A stretch of 63,926 nucleotides of DNA, the filler included, from Stramenopiles sp. TOSAG23-3 (Eukaryota): NCBI GenBank assembly GCA_900128585.1. It is 13 parts of 13 records of this genome, joined end to end, with 100 filler letters (N's around TTAATTAATTAA, not from the genome) between each part and the next. Parts side by side here need not be neighbours in the genome. Positions count along the whole stretch, not along the records: positions 12,177 to 18,158 come from LT643404.1; positions 18,259 to 24,237 come from LT643405.1; 11 more parts are not named here. The stretch is one strand, 5' to 3'. Positions within the stretch are counted from its first letter, which is position 1. Each line of letters starts with the position of its first letter. The notes below the pieces were generated by a model. That model searched no databases. It worked only from the letters and a program-made list of their open reading frames with translations, and had not been told where the DNA came from. This document shows positions 12,077 to 22,626 of the stretch, piece after piece. The position numbers and the translations under genes are program-made.

Positions 12077-12400
12077 NNNNNNNNNNNNNNNNNNNNNNNN
12101 NNNNNNNNNNNNNNNNNNNNTTAATTAATTAANNNNNNNNNNNNNNNNNNNNNNNNNNNNNNNNNNNNNNNNNNNNACCCTAATCCTATCTCGATTTTTT
12201 AATTTGATTTTTAGTTTCGTTTCGTCGTGGTGGATGATTATTAGTCATCACAGAGGAATTATTTTTAAAAACAAGAAAATTGGCTGTTATTTTTATTCCT
12301 ATTCCAATGATAATATTTCTTTTAAAACATACTCTATATAATTTGTTTTTTCAATTGACGATGACAAATCACTCTGATACAGATTTAATTACGATGAAAT

Positions 12401-13225
12401 TTATGTTCTTCGCACAGGGTTCAAATGAGACGCCCCCTGTCCGTTTTTAACCTCATTGTCCCCGCTTGGAGCCTCATCTTGCGATTTTAACTCAATGACA
12501 CTCATATCCCAGGTATTTCTATTTCTTAAATTGTCGATGTTGGATTCAAACAATTCAAGGTTTCCAATGTCCGTTCCTGCATTCTTACGCTGCTGCCACC
12601 ACTTTCTCATGAAAGCCAAAGCAAGTGCGGCCCCTAAAATAGTTGCTAGTATCGCAATAGCAGCTGTCATACCATCGTCGTCATCCTCATCCGATCTGCT
12701 GCTGCTACCACCTGCTCTTGCATCAGCTGTTGGACCGTCAACGAATCCCCCTTCGGGAGAATCAGACACTTTCGTCTCTGAAACTTCGATTTTAGCCGGG
12801 TCTTTAGTGACCGAGATCGTGCGAGGTGGTACGCCAATTTCGACGTTCTCGGACACGATCAACGATCGGAGCACTGCGGTAAAAGCACTGTCTTCGGTCA
12901 GCGCCGAGGCTGCCTCCACGCTCGCAGTCCGCGAAGATGTTTTCACCTTGTAATGGACCAGTGCAGCCACTGAATCCTCGTTATCAGCGCGCCGCCTGGC
13001 TCTCAAAGACACTTCCTGAGCGGACACGTCGTACACATCGTCCACACTGATCCCGTCAATACCGCTGACGACGGCCTTTTTGAACACAGTAATCAATTCT
13101 GCATTTCCGTTAAAGTCTCCGGCTGTCTGCCCCAAGATTCTAGTCTCAGCCTGTACAGAAAGGTTTCCTATTTTTCTCTCTTTTAAGAGAAAACGTACCA
13201 ATATACAGGTACAGAGCACCGTCAT
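12401..13225 (-). CDS. Single-pass membrane protein with SEA-like juxtamembrane domain (5' end uncertain)
   Basis: VQAETRILGQTAGDF...RARRR...VHYKV...SALT pattern; TM AAIAILATILGAALALAFM followed by RKWWQQRK; cytoplasmic tail. No clear signal peptide; possible splice acceptor TCTGTACAG at 13151. Confidence 0.7.
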   Translation of the reverse strand: MTVLCTCILVRFLLKERKIGNLSVQAETRILGQTAGDFNGNAELITVFKKAVVSGIDGISVDDVYDVSAQEVSLRARRRADNEDSVAALVHYKVKTSSRTASVEAASALTEDSAFTAVLRSLIVSENVEIGVPPRTISVTKDPAKIEVSETKVSDSPEGGFVDGPTADARAGGSSSRSDEDDDDGMTAAIAILATILGAALALAFMRKWWQQRKNAGTDIGNLELFESNIDNLRNRNTWDMSVIELKSQDEAPSGDNEVKNGQGASHLNPVRRT

Positions 13226-13607
13226 TTTTACTTACGTTTTTCGGTCGTCCGATTTTGGCCATTTGGAAAAAATTAGAAAATATCCAAAAAAAAGCATGGG
13301 AGTAGCATCAAAACTTACGTTTTTCGGTCCAATTTAGTAGGGCCTCCAAAGTAGAACTCCTCACTCCTCCATCCAACTATTCCGACCACACACACCACAA
13401 CACATATGGATACAAAAAGAAAGATAATACATTGTGATTTCAACGCTTGACGTAAGAACCATTGCATTGAATTGAGTGTACGCAAAACTTTCACTATTCT
13501 TACAACCTTAAGTTTCATACTGCAATTTTGATTGATTAGTTAACATTCACACGTTTGTTCCTCCTCCTTTGTTCCTCAGAAGAAAACCCATACCCATACC
13601 TGCAAGA

Positions 13608-16600
13608 ATGCCAAAGAAGAAAAAGAGAAACAAGAAAAAGAGAAACAAGAAAAAATCCGAACCCCCCAGCCGAATGGGCCTTGATCTAGAAGCGATGATT
13701 GGGCTTGAAAGGATGCAAAATTCTATAGAAGATATGATTTTGAATATGGGCGGTGGAGAACCGGACCCCTTTATGGTCGCAATGTTGGAGCAGTTGAGAG
13801 GTGGGCGAGCTACGTACGATGGTGACGGGGAAGGTGTGAAGGGTCGGCATTCCGACCCACACAATATCAAAGGGTGGGTATGGCTGTTGGCGGACGATGG
13901 TCAAACTGCGGCGTTGATGGGCATATCCGGAGGCTTTGGGGTCTTTTTGTACCAGCAGATGACACCTGGTGCGTGTGAAGATTTTTTTCATAGTTACAAT
14001 CTGGAAATGCTCTCCGCTTTTGGAGGAATATTTTGGTGGTCCTGTCTCATAGTAGATCCTGCTACTGGTATGGGAAACCATGCAACTTGGCCAGATGATG
14101 AGTTTACCCCACTGCCAAAGGAAGGGACCTTGGAATTTTCACCAATAAAAATGTCTTCCCAACACAAAAACGAGTTTATCGATGCCTTCCTGGAGTATTC
14201 GACGTTGAACAAATACAAAGGTGCGGCGGAGACGTGCACTGCGATGCATGGGTACCAGTCGTTTTACGAACATACACCCCTTTTTATTGAAAACGATGGA
14301 GTGAAGCAGTACAATTACACTCGGGATTTTGAAGAAGGGCACGACAAAGAGATGAACCGAGTGTACAGGTACACACCGCTACAACATTGCCGAGCTTATA
14401 CCATGATCTTGTGCCTTTGGGGTGGGCAAATTGCGGGAATTATCCGATCTATTGCAGAGTCGAGTAATGCGGAATGCCCCAAGCGAAAAGATTTTCTAGA
14501 CCTTTGGGCAAATTGTGCTAGGTTTGAAGGCTACGTCCGACGAGTCGTTGACCTCTACCTACATCTCGACGACCTAGTAAGAAAAACTGGCCAAAACCCT
14601 GTCATAGTAGGATCAATGATACTGTTTTTATTTGACAGTGTAGCGGCAAGTTGCCGTCATCACGAAACCGCTAGAAAAGTGTGGAGTAAAATTGCATTGG
14701 AGCATTCCATCCACCAGTTGTCCGTGAAACAACAAAAGGAACTGTATTCGAGTTTTTTTATGCCTGGCCTGTATAACAGTAGAGGGTACGAATTCGAAAT
14801 TGAAGAAAAGCCACCAAAGGGTGAAAGTAAAAAAAGCGGAGCCAACGCCGTTGAACAGGAGCAAGGTATGTTGGAAAAAAGTGGAGCCAAACCCGTTGAA
14901 CCGGGGCAAGGTATGTTGGAAAAAAGCGGAGCCAACGCCGTTGAACAGGAGCAAGGTATGTTGGAAAAAAGTGGAGCCAACGCCGTTGAACAGGAAGAAG
15001 GTATGTTGGAAGCCAAAGCCGTTGAACAGAAGCAAGGTATGTTGAATTCTTCAGGCAACGCTTCGTCTTTGGCGGAGAATGTTACTTACACGTGCGTCAA
15101 ATGTTCCAAAACAGTATCGGTGCGCAAACAATGTGCACGGTGCCAACGCGTATATTACTGCTCCAAAGCATGCCAAAAAGACGATTGGCCGAATCATAAA
15201 AAAGTGTGTAAGCCGCCATCCAGATGGGGATATACCATCAATGAAAATGGCATGCTACCTGCTGGGCACCGTGAGGAGTTGAATTCAGAGGATTTGTACC
15301 CGGGAATGTTTTTATGGGTGGATGTTACAAACTATGACATTTTCTGCAAAGAGGACAAGGACGATATGCTTTGCGAGAAAAAAAGAAGGATCAAAGGATG
15401 GCAACAATGCCGTCTTGAGACAAGGGCAAAGAGTTTCGATGCCGCAGGAGTAAATCGTTTTGAATTCCTGGACGAGGAAAATGCTCGCTATGGTTATGCG
15501 CATAACGTAAAAAAGCACGACATGAGACAATTGACAAAGGGAGAGTACTCGTTGGCTGTTGCGGCTGAAATAGGCGCGCTTAAGAAAAACGGTGGCGTTG
15601 ACATGGGAGACATGTACACGTATTCCAAAGAAGCAATTGCGTATGCCCTGGATAAAAACATGATCACAAGTAGCACTAGAATGGGGTGTGACGTTAACAC
15701 TGGGATGAAGCTGTACATGAAATTTTCCGGTATGATCAATCCAGTTGCATTGCGACTCTATGCAAAGTACAATTATACATTTGATTCTGAAACTTTGAAT
15801 TGGCTGGCTCAAATCCATGCCGCTGAGGACGACGTTCGTTTTATAAAGCGCCTTTTGAATTTATCCAGTGTCCCTGAGAAAGGTATTGTGTACGACGATG
15901 GGGCCATGCTAAATTTGCACACAATACTTGAAAACGTTGCCAAAGGTGGTTCATGCCAGGTCTTGGAATTCCTGTTGACAGAGTCTGGTGTTAATTTTTT
16001 GGAAGGGGATACAAGGCCGTTTTTTCTTAATCATAGGGGCACCCCATTGGACAAAACTTTGTCTAGAATTGCAAAATTTGGATGGACATACAAAAAGTCG
16101 CAATCTTTATCGATAATTCATAAACATGTGAAGTGTATCGAATTGTTGTTGCAACATGGTGCAACAATAACAGAGTCATGTATTAGCTGGTTGTGGCCTA
16201 GCCCGGTGGCTCCTCCAATCATTTTGGTGTCCATGATGAAAAGCAAAGGCCAGGAAACGTTACAAAAACTCCTTAGTTTTTTTTGCAATCCATCCGACTG
16301 GTCCCAGGGAAGGGCGCAAGCAGCAAATCCTGATGAACAATATTATTGGAGTGTAAACTTGTGGACGAGGAGTGATTGGCCTATATTTACATACACAGAT
16401 TGTATTATTGAATTATTGAAAGCTGGTGCCGATCCATTGCAACAATGCTATTCTTTTGTAGAGATTAAAGCAAACGACGAATACGAGTACCGAAGGAGTG
16501 CGAAGGGATACTTGACTAGTATTTTAAGGGGTCAAGATAGAACTATAATTAGTACAGATGGTGAAACGATTCTTCACCGTTTGAATCGCTTGTTTCCGAA

Positions 16601-16721
16601 TTCGTTGTCGACTGAAATATTGAACATTGCTAGTTCCGATAAAACATCCGTGCCTTTGTTGGATAACATTTTCAAACAACAACTAAAACAAATTCATAAG
16701 AAAGCAAGAAAAAAACGGTGA
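13608..16721 (+). CDS. MYND zinc-finger and ankyrin-like repeat protein
   Basis: CVKC...[26 protein letters not shown] is a MYND finger (about 15093-15209); ankyrin-like [25 protein letters not shown]. First ATG at 13608. Confidence 0.85.
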   Translation: MPKKKKRNKKKRNKKKSEPPSRMGLDLEAMIGLERMQNSIEDMILNMGGGEPDPFMVAMLEQLRGGRATYDGDGEGVKGRHSDPHNIKGWVWLLADDGQTAALMGISGGFGVFLYQQMTPGACEDFFHSYNLEMLSAFGGIFWWSCLIVDPATGMGNHATWPDDEFTPLPKEGTLEFSPIKMSSQHKNEFIDAFLEYSTLNKYKGAAETCTAMHGYQSFYEHTPLFIENDGVKQYNYTRDFEEGHDKEMNRVYRYTPLQHCRAYTMILCLWGGQIAGIIRSIAESSNAECPKRKDFLDLWANCARFEGYVRRVVDLYLHLDDLVRKTGQNPVIVGSMILFLFDSVAASCRHHETARKVWSKIALEHSIHQLSVKQQKELYSSFFMPGLYNSRGYEFEIEEKPPKGESKKSGANAVEQEQGMLEKSGAKPVEPGQGMLEKSGANAVEQEQGMLEKSGANAVEQEEGMLEAKAVEQKQGMLNSSGNASSLAENVTYTCVKCSKTVSVRKQCARCQRVYYCSKACQKDDWPNHKKVCKPPSRWGYTINENGMLPAGHREELNSEDLYPGMFLWVDVTNYDIFCKEDKDDMLCEKKRRIKGWQQCRLETRAKSFDAAGVNRFEFLDEENARYGYAHNVKKHDMRQLTKGEYSLAVAAEIGALKKNGGVDMGDMYTYSKEAIAYALDKNMITSSTRMGCDVNTGMKLYMKFSGMINPVALRLYAKYNYTFDSETLNWLAQIHAAEDDVRFIKRLLNLSSVPEKGIVYDDGAMLNLHTILENVAKGGSCQVLEFLLTESGVNFLEGDTRPFFLNHRGTPLDKTLSRIAKFGWTYKKSQSLSIIHKHVKCIELLLQHGATITESCISWLWPSPVAPPIILVSMMKSKGQETLQKLLSFFCNPSDWSQGRAQAANPDEQYYWSVNLWTRSDWPIFTYTDCIIELLKAGADPLQQCYSFVEIKANDEYEYRRSAKGYLTSILRGQDRTIISTDGETILHRLNRLFPNSLSTEILNIASSDKTSVPLLDNIFKQQLKQIHKKARKKR
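14832..15045 (+). repeat. In-frame 45-bp tandem repeat, about 4.7 copies ([15 protein letters not shown])
   Basis: Unit AAAAGCGGAGCCAACGCCGTTGAACAGGAGCAAGGTATGTTGGAA is directly visible with few substitutions. Confidence 0.95.
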
Positions 16722-16898
16722 ATTCCCATGAAAACATTGATATCCACATAAAAACGTTGAAAAAAATATTAAGAATATAGTATGTTATTGAACACGAAAA
16801 CCAATCACCATTTTTACATAATTTTAAGTCGTCTAAAAATATATATATATTAATAATAGTATAATCTTATAAAGATTTAAGTTATAATATACTTCTTG

Positions 16899-17717
16899 TC
16901 ATACTCCCGCCTTTAATGCACTTCCTGTCAGTTTCCCTGCGGTCGCATTTAGTATCTCTATTTGCTGGTGAAGATAATCTTTTTCTTCAAGGACATCCAT
17001 GAGTCTACTGTTCTTGTCACGGACCATTCCTTTTAAGTGACACTCCAAGTCCTTCAAAAGCTTCAAATTGAGGGCTTCAAGCTCCTCCCTCGTCTTCACA
17101 GGGACCTTTCCCGCAGATCCGCCTTTGCCCTTGCCACCCCCCGCACTTTCCACATTGTCCACAGCATACTTGGAGGCGGTGGAGGGGCTGGGGCTTCGGT
17201 TCTTGTCGTCGGCCGCGCTTGCCTGTTGTTGCGCGGTAGCGTAGTGCTCTTCCCGCTTTCGCTGCATTGCTTTTTTCCTTTGTTCCGTTTTGTCCGCTTC
17301 CAAACGATCGTCGAACTTTTTTAAGACCTTCTTTGATCGTTTGACCTGCTTTATTAACTTTTTAAACTTTTCCATCTTTTCGCTCTTTTCTCTTTGGTTT
17401 TCCCTGTACATTTTAATCTCCCGTCGTCGCCGAAGCTGCGTCGCTAGCTTTCGGTACGCCTCGTCTGATGGGTGTTCCCATTGGACAAGCGGCGGCCTTC
17501 CCCCAGACCTCACTTTGAAGTAATATATGTTTCCATTATCATCTGTTGCACTCTTCCATGGATGCTCTAGCTCTGCATTTAGGCCATGAATAACGTGCTC
17601 ACGGTCCAGAACCGGGTCGAACCCAATATGCAATGCATATGTAAGAATGGCTTCCTCGTCCACGTGCACGGTCGGCGCCGCACCATGCTTTCGACTACTA
17701 CCACCATCCCCTTCCAT
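16899..17717 (-). CDS. WW-domain coiled-coil protein with CEP164-like N-terminus
   Basis: EEAILTYALHIGFDP...GLNAELEHPWKSATDDNGNIYYF...QWEHPSDEAYR matches the CEP164-type helical+WW module; coiled coils follow. ATG at 17717 chosen. Confidence 0.75.
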   Translation of the reverse strand: MEGDGGSSRKHGAAPTVHVDEEAILTYALHIGFDPVLDREHVIHGLNAELEHPWKSATDDNGNIYYFKVRSGGRPPLVQWEHPSDEAYRKLATQLRRRREIKMYRENQREKSEKMEKFKKLIKQVKRSKKVLKKFDDRLEADKTEQRKKAMQRKREEHYATAQQQASAADDKNRSPSPSTASKYAVDNVESAGGGKGKGGSAGKVPVKTREELEALNLKLLKDLECHLKGMVRDKNSRLMDVLEEKDYLHQQIEILNATAGKLTGSALKAGV

Positions 17718-18258
17718 CTGTTTCTCAATACATCCGAATCGATTAAATCTCTCTTTTAGCACACACACACACACGAAAATTAACATTGTAATGACTTATG
17801 CCATTTCGTCATCCATCGTACTATAAAAGTCGAAGTGTTGAAATGCCAACTCGGTGGCCCATTATCATCAAGTTCAGAAAAAAGAAGAAAGAAGAAGAAG
17901 AAAAAAGAAGAAGAAAGAAGAAAGAAGAAAGAAGAAGAAAAAGAAGAATTGAAAAATCGTTATTATTCTATAATATATATATCATTCAAATGCTGTGTTA
18001 ATATATTTCAACAATTGCCTTATCCAATCGGAACAGTTATAATCTTATAATTTAATTCATCATCCCTTCTTCTCTATCCTCGTACCTAATAATAAATAAT
18101 ACAAGTACTCGTACAAGAACAAAAGAACAATAGTCGGTCTTCTAATAGAATAGCAAAANNNNNNNNNNNNNNNNNNNNNNNNNNNNNNNNNNNNNNNNNN
18201 NNTTAATTAATTAANNNNNNNNNNNNNNNNNNNNNNNNNNNNNNNNNNNNNNNNNNNN

Positions 18259-18259
18259 A

Positions 18260-18334
<75 letters not shown>
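18259..18334 (+). repeat. (AAAG)n microsatellite at contig start
   Basis: About 19 perfect copies. Confidence 0.97.
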
Positions 18335-18842
18335 CAAACAACGAACTCGCATCAAGAACGCTCCGCTGTGACAATAATAATAATTAATTTAATATAATTG
18401 GTCTTGATACTCTATTCATTTCCACACTCTTCTTCTTTCTCTTTCTTTCCTTCTTCTTTGTTGTTTTGTAGTCGTCTAGTCTAATAAAATACAGGTATTA
18501 TTATTGTAGCTATTTTAATATTGTACTTTTTGCACGGACGGAGGACGGAGGAGTGGGGAGGGAGTATTTATTGGTGTCGTCATAATGTAATAAATAATAA
18601 TCTTCTATCCATCATATTAATAATAAAAAATAATAAATAATATGATATATTTTTTTTAGGTTGATAACTATTATGTAAGTTAATGAAATGATTTATTTTT
18701 TAAGTAGAAACTAGAGGACGACGTATGAAAATGGGAGAATATCGAATGTGTGTATATTTTCATACCCTGGTCTATTTAATTTTATAATTTGGTCGCACTT
18801 TGTTTCTAAACAGAGTTCTAACACAAACGTTCAGGTCTAAAC

Positions 18843-19124
18843 ATGGCAGCCCCAGCAAGTGGTTTCAGAAGGTTTTTGCACCGGTTGACGGACCGTGAAC
18901 CGGTCGTAGTGTTCGCTGGTGCCATTGGTTTGCTAGGTATTAGTATGCCGTTGTTTGTTCCATCGATACGTGCGTCGATGGGATTTGATACCACGCAGTA
19001 CCACGGTAGACCCCAGAGAGAGTCCTTGTTTGGCGGGGAGAGCAGCAGAGAGCAGGCCCAGTCTGGTAGTGAGGCGCCACGGTTCGTACGGAACGTTGGC
19101 TCCGTGCCTTCGGCCGCAGAGTAA
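18843..19124 (+). CDS. Probable complex I accessory subunit NDUFA3/B9/NI9M-like
   Basis: DREPVVVFAGAIGLLGISMPLFVPSIRASMGFDTTQY: single TM with the EP...G..G...P...P.IR..G pattern of this subunit family. Confidence 0.65.
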   Translation: MAAPASGFRRFLHRLTDREPVVVFAGAIGLLGISMPLFVPSIRASMGFDTTQYHGRPQRESLFGGESSREQAQSGSEAPRFVRNVGSVPSAAE

Positions 19125-19257
19125 TTCCCGTGTTCTGGGTGGCATGCGATTTGCTTTGGTGTAAGTTTCAAGACGTACTAACGTAGGTGCATGGATTGCT
19201 TTTATATTATTTACGCTTATCTAGGTCGGGTGCGTCGGTGAGATTGAGGATGAATCG

Positions 19258-20419
19258 TCACTGGTGCACGCCGTCGTCGGCCCGTCGTCGGCCCGTCGTC
19301 GGCCCGTCGCCGTCTACTTCTTCTTCTTCCCCCCCCCCTTCTTCCCTCTCGCCTTCTTTGCGGCTGACTTTGTGCCGCCACCTTTCTTGGACTTTCCCCC
19401 CTTGCCTTTCTTCGATTTGCTCTTTCCGCTTTCCCCCCTTGCCTTTCTTCGATTTGCTCTTTCCGCTCTTGCTTCTCCCCTTCTTGCTGGACTTCCGGCT
19501 GCTTTTTCGGCTGCTTCCCCTCGACCGTCCCCTGCTCCGGCCCCGCTTGCCATTGCCCTCCAAACCGTTGGAAAATTCCTCCGCCGCTTCCATTTCCACA
19601 CGATCGATCGTTAGCCGAGCACGCTCGTACCGTTTCAACGAATCCAACAGGTCCTCTTCCAATCTTTTTGCCTCTGCAGTTGCTAGGCCATAATACATAA
19701 ATGCTGCATACTCCTCGGCGTTGTCCAAGGCCACTTGCTCGATGTAATGCTGTTGCAGGGCCTCGTACTTGCTCGTCTTCTCGTTTAAATGTTCGGTCGT
19801 CTCCTTCAACACTCTCCGAGTTTCCTTGTGTTCGTCCATTTCTTGTCGGAACGCGGCTTTTACGTCATCTAGTTCAATCTGCGTGTAACCCTGCTCCACT
19901 GCCTTTATCGCGCACAAGTCCAAGGCCATCTCTTTCTGTATCTCGTTGCTAGCGCTGCTTTTGACGAGCAACGTCTTCAACTCCTCGATTCTCTTGTTAG
20001 AACTGTTAAGCCTTTCCACGAAAAATTCTATCTGCGCCCGTTTTTCGTCCTCTGTGGCCAACAGGTTCTTTAGCCTCGAGGAGACGTCCTTCAGTTCGGT
20101 GATCAGCTTTCCCCGGGCCTCCTTTTCCAAGTCTCGCACCGCCGACAGCGCCCGAAAGAAGGCTAAAATTGACACTGAATCCTGTGACCTTCTGAGCGAC
20201 TTCTCCGCGGCCGTCAGTTGAAGCTCTTTCCGCCCGCACAAGTATCGAAAGGATTTGATCGATCCTTTCTTCTACTGCTGGCTCATCAGTGAAATTGTAC
20301 AGGCGCTTCTGTCGCAGTTTTCCGGTCAGCACTTCCTTCCCCAGGTCTACTTTCTTGCGAATTGCCATGCGCTCCCGCGCAACGCGCAGACGCTCTTGGT
20401 GGCGTGCATAGGACCCCAT
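19258..20419 (-). CDS. Coiled-coil protein with Lys/Gly/Ser-rich tail, frameshifted
   Basis: ORF from ATG 20419 overlaps ORF 19258-20241 with a +1 shift near 20235. A second likely shift in a G-run near 19435 would give the C-terminus ...KKARGKKGGGKKKK (stop at 19314). Confidence 0.55.
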
Positions 20420-20978
20420 CGTTGATAAAAGTGCAGTTACCACCCAACTCTACGGCACGTTCTCTATCTGCAAACTAAACGCGCGCGGTCAAAGTTAAAG
20501 ACTCGTTCGCTTTTTTTTTTCAATCCTTGAATCAAACAGACTCCAAATGAATCATCGGTTAACCAACTACAAAATCCCACTCTTCGTCGTGATTTCCTAC
20601 AATTAATTCCATACACTTCACAGTTGATACCTCGACTACGTAAGAAGGGTAGGCCTTTCAAACAGACGAAGGTGGAAGAATGTTTTTTTGTTCTTTCGCT
20701 CTTCTGGTACTACCGCGTATTAATTCTCGTGCGTCATCTATCAGAGATTTTAGTTTACATTTCTCAGCAATTGTTGTAACGTATTTCTCCATATTTTTAT
20801 ATTAAGGGAGTATATATTATTTTGTTTCTTTTTTAAATTGTTTTCTAGTTTACATCTATACATTAAACATCACAAAATGATTAAATATATTACTTGTATA
20901 AATTTACCTTAATTATTCAGAGACCAAACCAGCGTCAAAACAACAACCATTGGAAACCCTTTTTGTAACTCTTCCTTA

Positions 20979-21893
20979 CTAAAGAACAAATGGAATCAGG
21001 GCTCGCCGATTCAATTTCTTGTATGACTCATCAAATTTTGCTTTGTACCAACGGTGAGTTTGGATTGCAGAAAACCCCAAGTTAACGATGATGACCAGGA
21101 TCATAGAGATCCACGCCTGGTTTGATGAATATTGGTCCCTCAGGCCTGCAAAAAGACTTCCGTAAATGATAATCTCCGCAAGGTAATGTGGCGAACTCAC
21201 GTACTCGAACCAGTCAGATTTCGGTATAAAGTATCGTCGTCGTTCCTGGCCCCGCGCATTGGTCCGCAACTTTGCAAGGATTGAGTGCAGTCGAAATTGC
21301 TTGTAATTGCCAAAAAAGAACAGCAATACAGGCAGAGCGCTTGAAATACTAAAATCAAAGGAGCGGCCATCATGACGCTCTGCAAATGCAATTAAAGTTA
21401 ATGGAACAAACGTGTAAAATGTTAAACCAAACACGTACTGAAACACGTGCATTCGACTTTCTTTCCCAAAAATAGACACGTTCAAACATTCGTACAGGCG
21501 CCTTGTTAAGTGTAATTGGTACAGGCACAAATAGAACAGGACCACCCTGTTTTCGTTGAAAAATTCACACTTGGCGCGCGCGCTTCTCGACGTAGTGGGA
21601 ATGACAAAATAAGCAAAAGTCAGTCCAAAATTCCAAAACGTTCCCCAAAAATAAAAGTGTTGAAAATACCGCTTCGGAACATTCAAGAACAGTGCAAAGT
21701 CGTTTCCCACTTTTGTCTTTCCATAGCTTAATGCGTCGTTCAAAAAAGTCGCAAGCGCACCGCTTTCAGAACGCTGTGCACCTAAATTACTGTAGTTCAC
21801 GCAATAGTGGCACGCAAACGTAAACAATAGTGCAAACAAAATCAGCCACCAAATCCACTCCACCAACAGTCTAAAAATGCAAGAAAAATTCAT
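20979..21893 (-). CDS. SRD5A3: Polyprenol/polyprenal reductase (steroid 5-alpha-reductase family, SRD5A3/DFG10-like)
   Basis: YGKT, VPKRYFQHFY, HLTRRLYEC, SRMHVFQY, HSILAKLR, FEYVSSPHYLAEIIIY, HRWYKAKF, RRALIPF. Confidence 0.9.
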   Translation of the reverse strand: MNFSCIFRLLVEWIWWLILFALLFTFACHYCVNYSNLGAQRSESGALATFLNDALSYGKTKVGNDFALFLNVPKRYFQHFYFWGTFWNFGLTFAYFVIPTTSRSARAKCEFFNENRVVLFYLCLYQLHLTRRLYECLNVSIFGKESRMHVFQYVFGLTFYTFVPLTLIAFAERHDGRSFDFSISSALPVLLFFFGNYKQFRLHSILAKLRTNARGQERRRYFIPKSDWFEYVSSPHYLAEIIIYGSLFAGLRDQYSSNQAWISMILVIIVNLGFSAIQTHRWYKAKFDESYKKLNRRALIPFVL

Positions 21894-22626
21894 TTCAATC
21901 GATAGAAATTCTATCACGCTGCAACCTCAAAAACGTACGCCCCAGACTAATTCTAAAACCCTTGGTCGGTGACCCTGCAATGAAGGAGGCGTGAAATATT
22001 CATTCTCCTGATTTCTCGCAAACTAAAAAGGTTTCACTTTTTATTGCATTCGTATTCGTACACACTGTTCAATGTTGTTTCACTCGTATTTTTTAGTCCG
22101 TCGCCTTCTTCTTTTTTTTTTTTCTTCTTCTCTCTTCTTTTCGTTCGTTCTTCTTCTTTTTTTTTCTTCTTCTTTTTTTTTCTTCTTCTTTTTTTTATTT
22201 TTTATTAGTCGTCGTCGTCTACGTATTTAACTATTAAAATATTTTAATTAAAATATAATTATTAGTTCTCTTCTTCTTCCTCCTCCTCCTCCTCCTCCTT
22301 CCTTGAAGGACTGAAGGACACGTACCGGTACCGTACCTACTAACAACGGGACCGGAAGTCTTCTTAATTCATGGGAACAGTTAATACCAACACAGCAAAG
22401 AAACACGCACTAAATAAAATCTCATTCCAAGTTCTTCTTCTCTTGTTGGGTTGCTTCGCCCGAAGAAAATGTAACAATGTGTGTTAGTTATTGTGCATGC
22501 CTAAATAAGAATTGGTGTCAAAAGGTTTCTAAATGTATTTAAAATATGAAAAATTATGAAGCAAAGGTAATATGAAAAGAGAACAGAAATCAGCTCTAAA
22601 GTATTTTTAAAGAAAAGAAAAGTAAA

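Noticed and set aside
13230-13329. 17-bp direct repeat ACTTACGTTTTTCGGTC as duplicated splice donors or a regulatory site
   Set aside because: The repeat is real, but no convincing upstream exon could be built and two copies are too few to assign a function.
14832-15045. CRISPR array (also considered for the Kelch repeats at 59415-60300)
   Set aside because: In-frame coding repeats with no unique spacers; eukaryotic context; no cas genes.
17798-18050. Short Lys/Glu-rich or Phe/Leu-rich ORFs in spacers (also 32604-32930, 36532-36789, 51101-51364, 55532-55753)
   Set aside because: They arise from (GAA)n/(CTT)n microsatellites in AT-rich intergenic DNA.
19187-19693. Antisense/overlapping ORFs (also 27505-28185, 31734-32339, 49452-49976, 57253-58191, 58869-59429)
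   Set aside because: Shadows of real genes or of low-complexity repeats on the opposite strand; no independent motifs.
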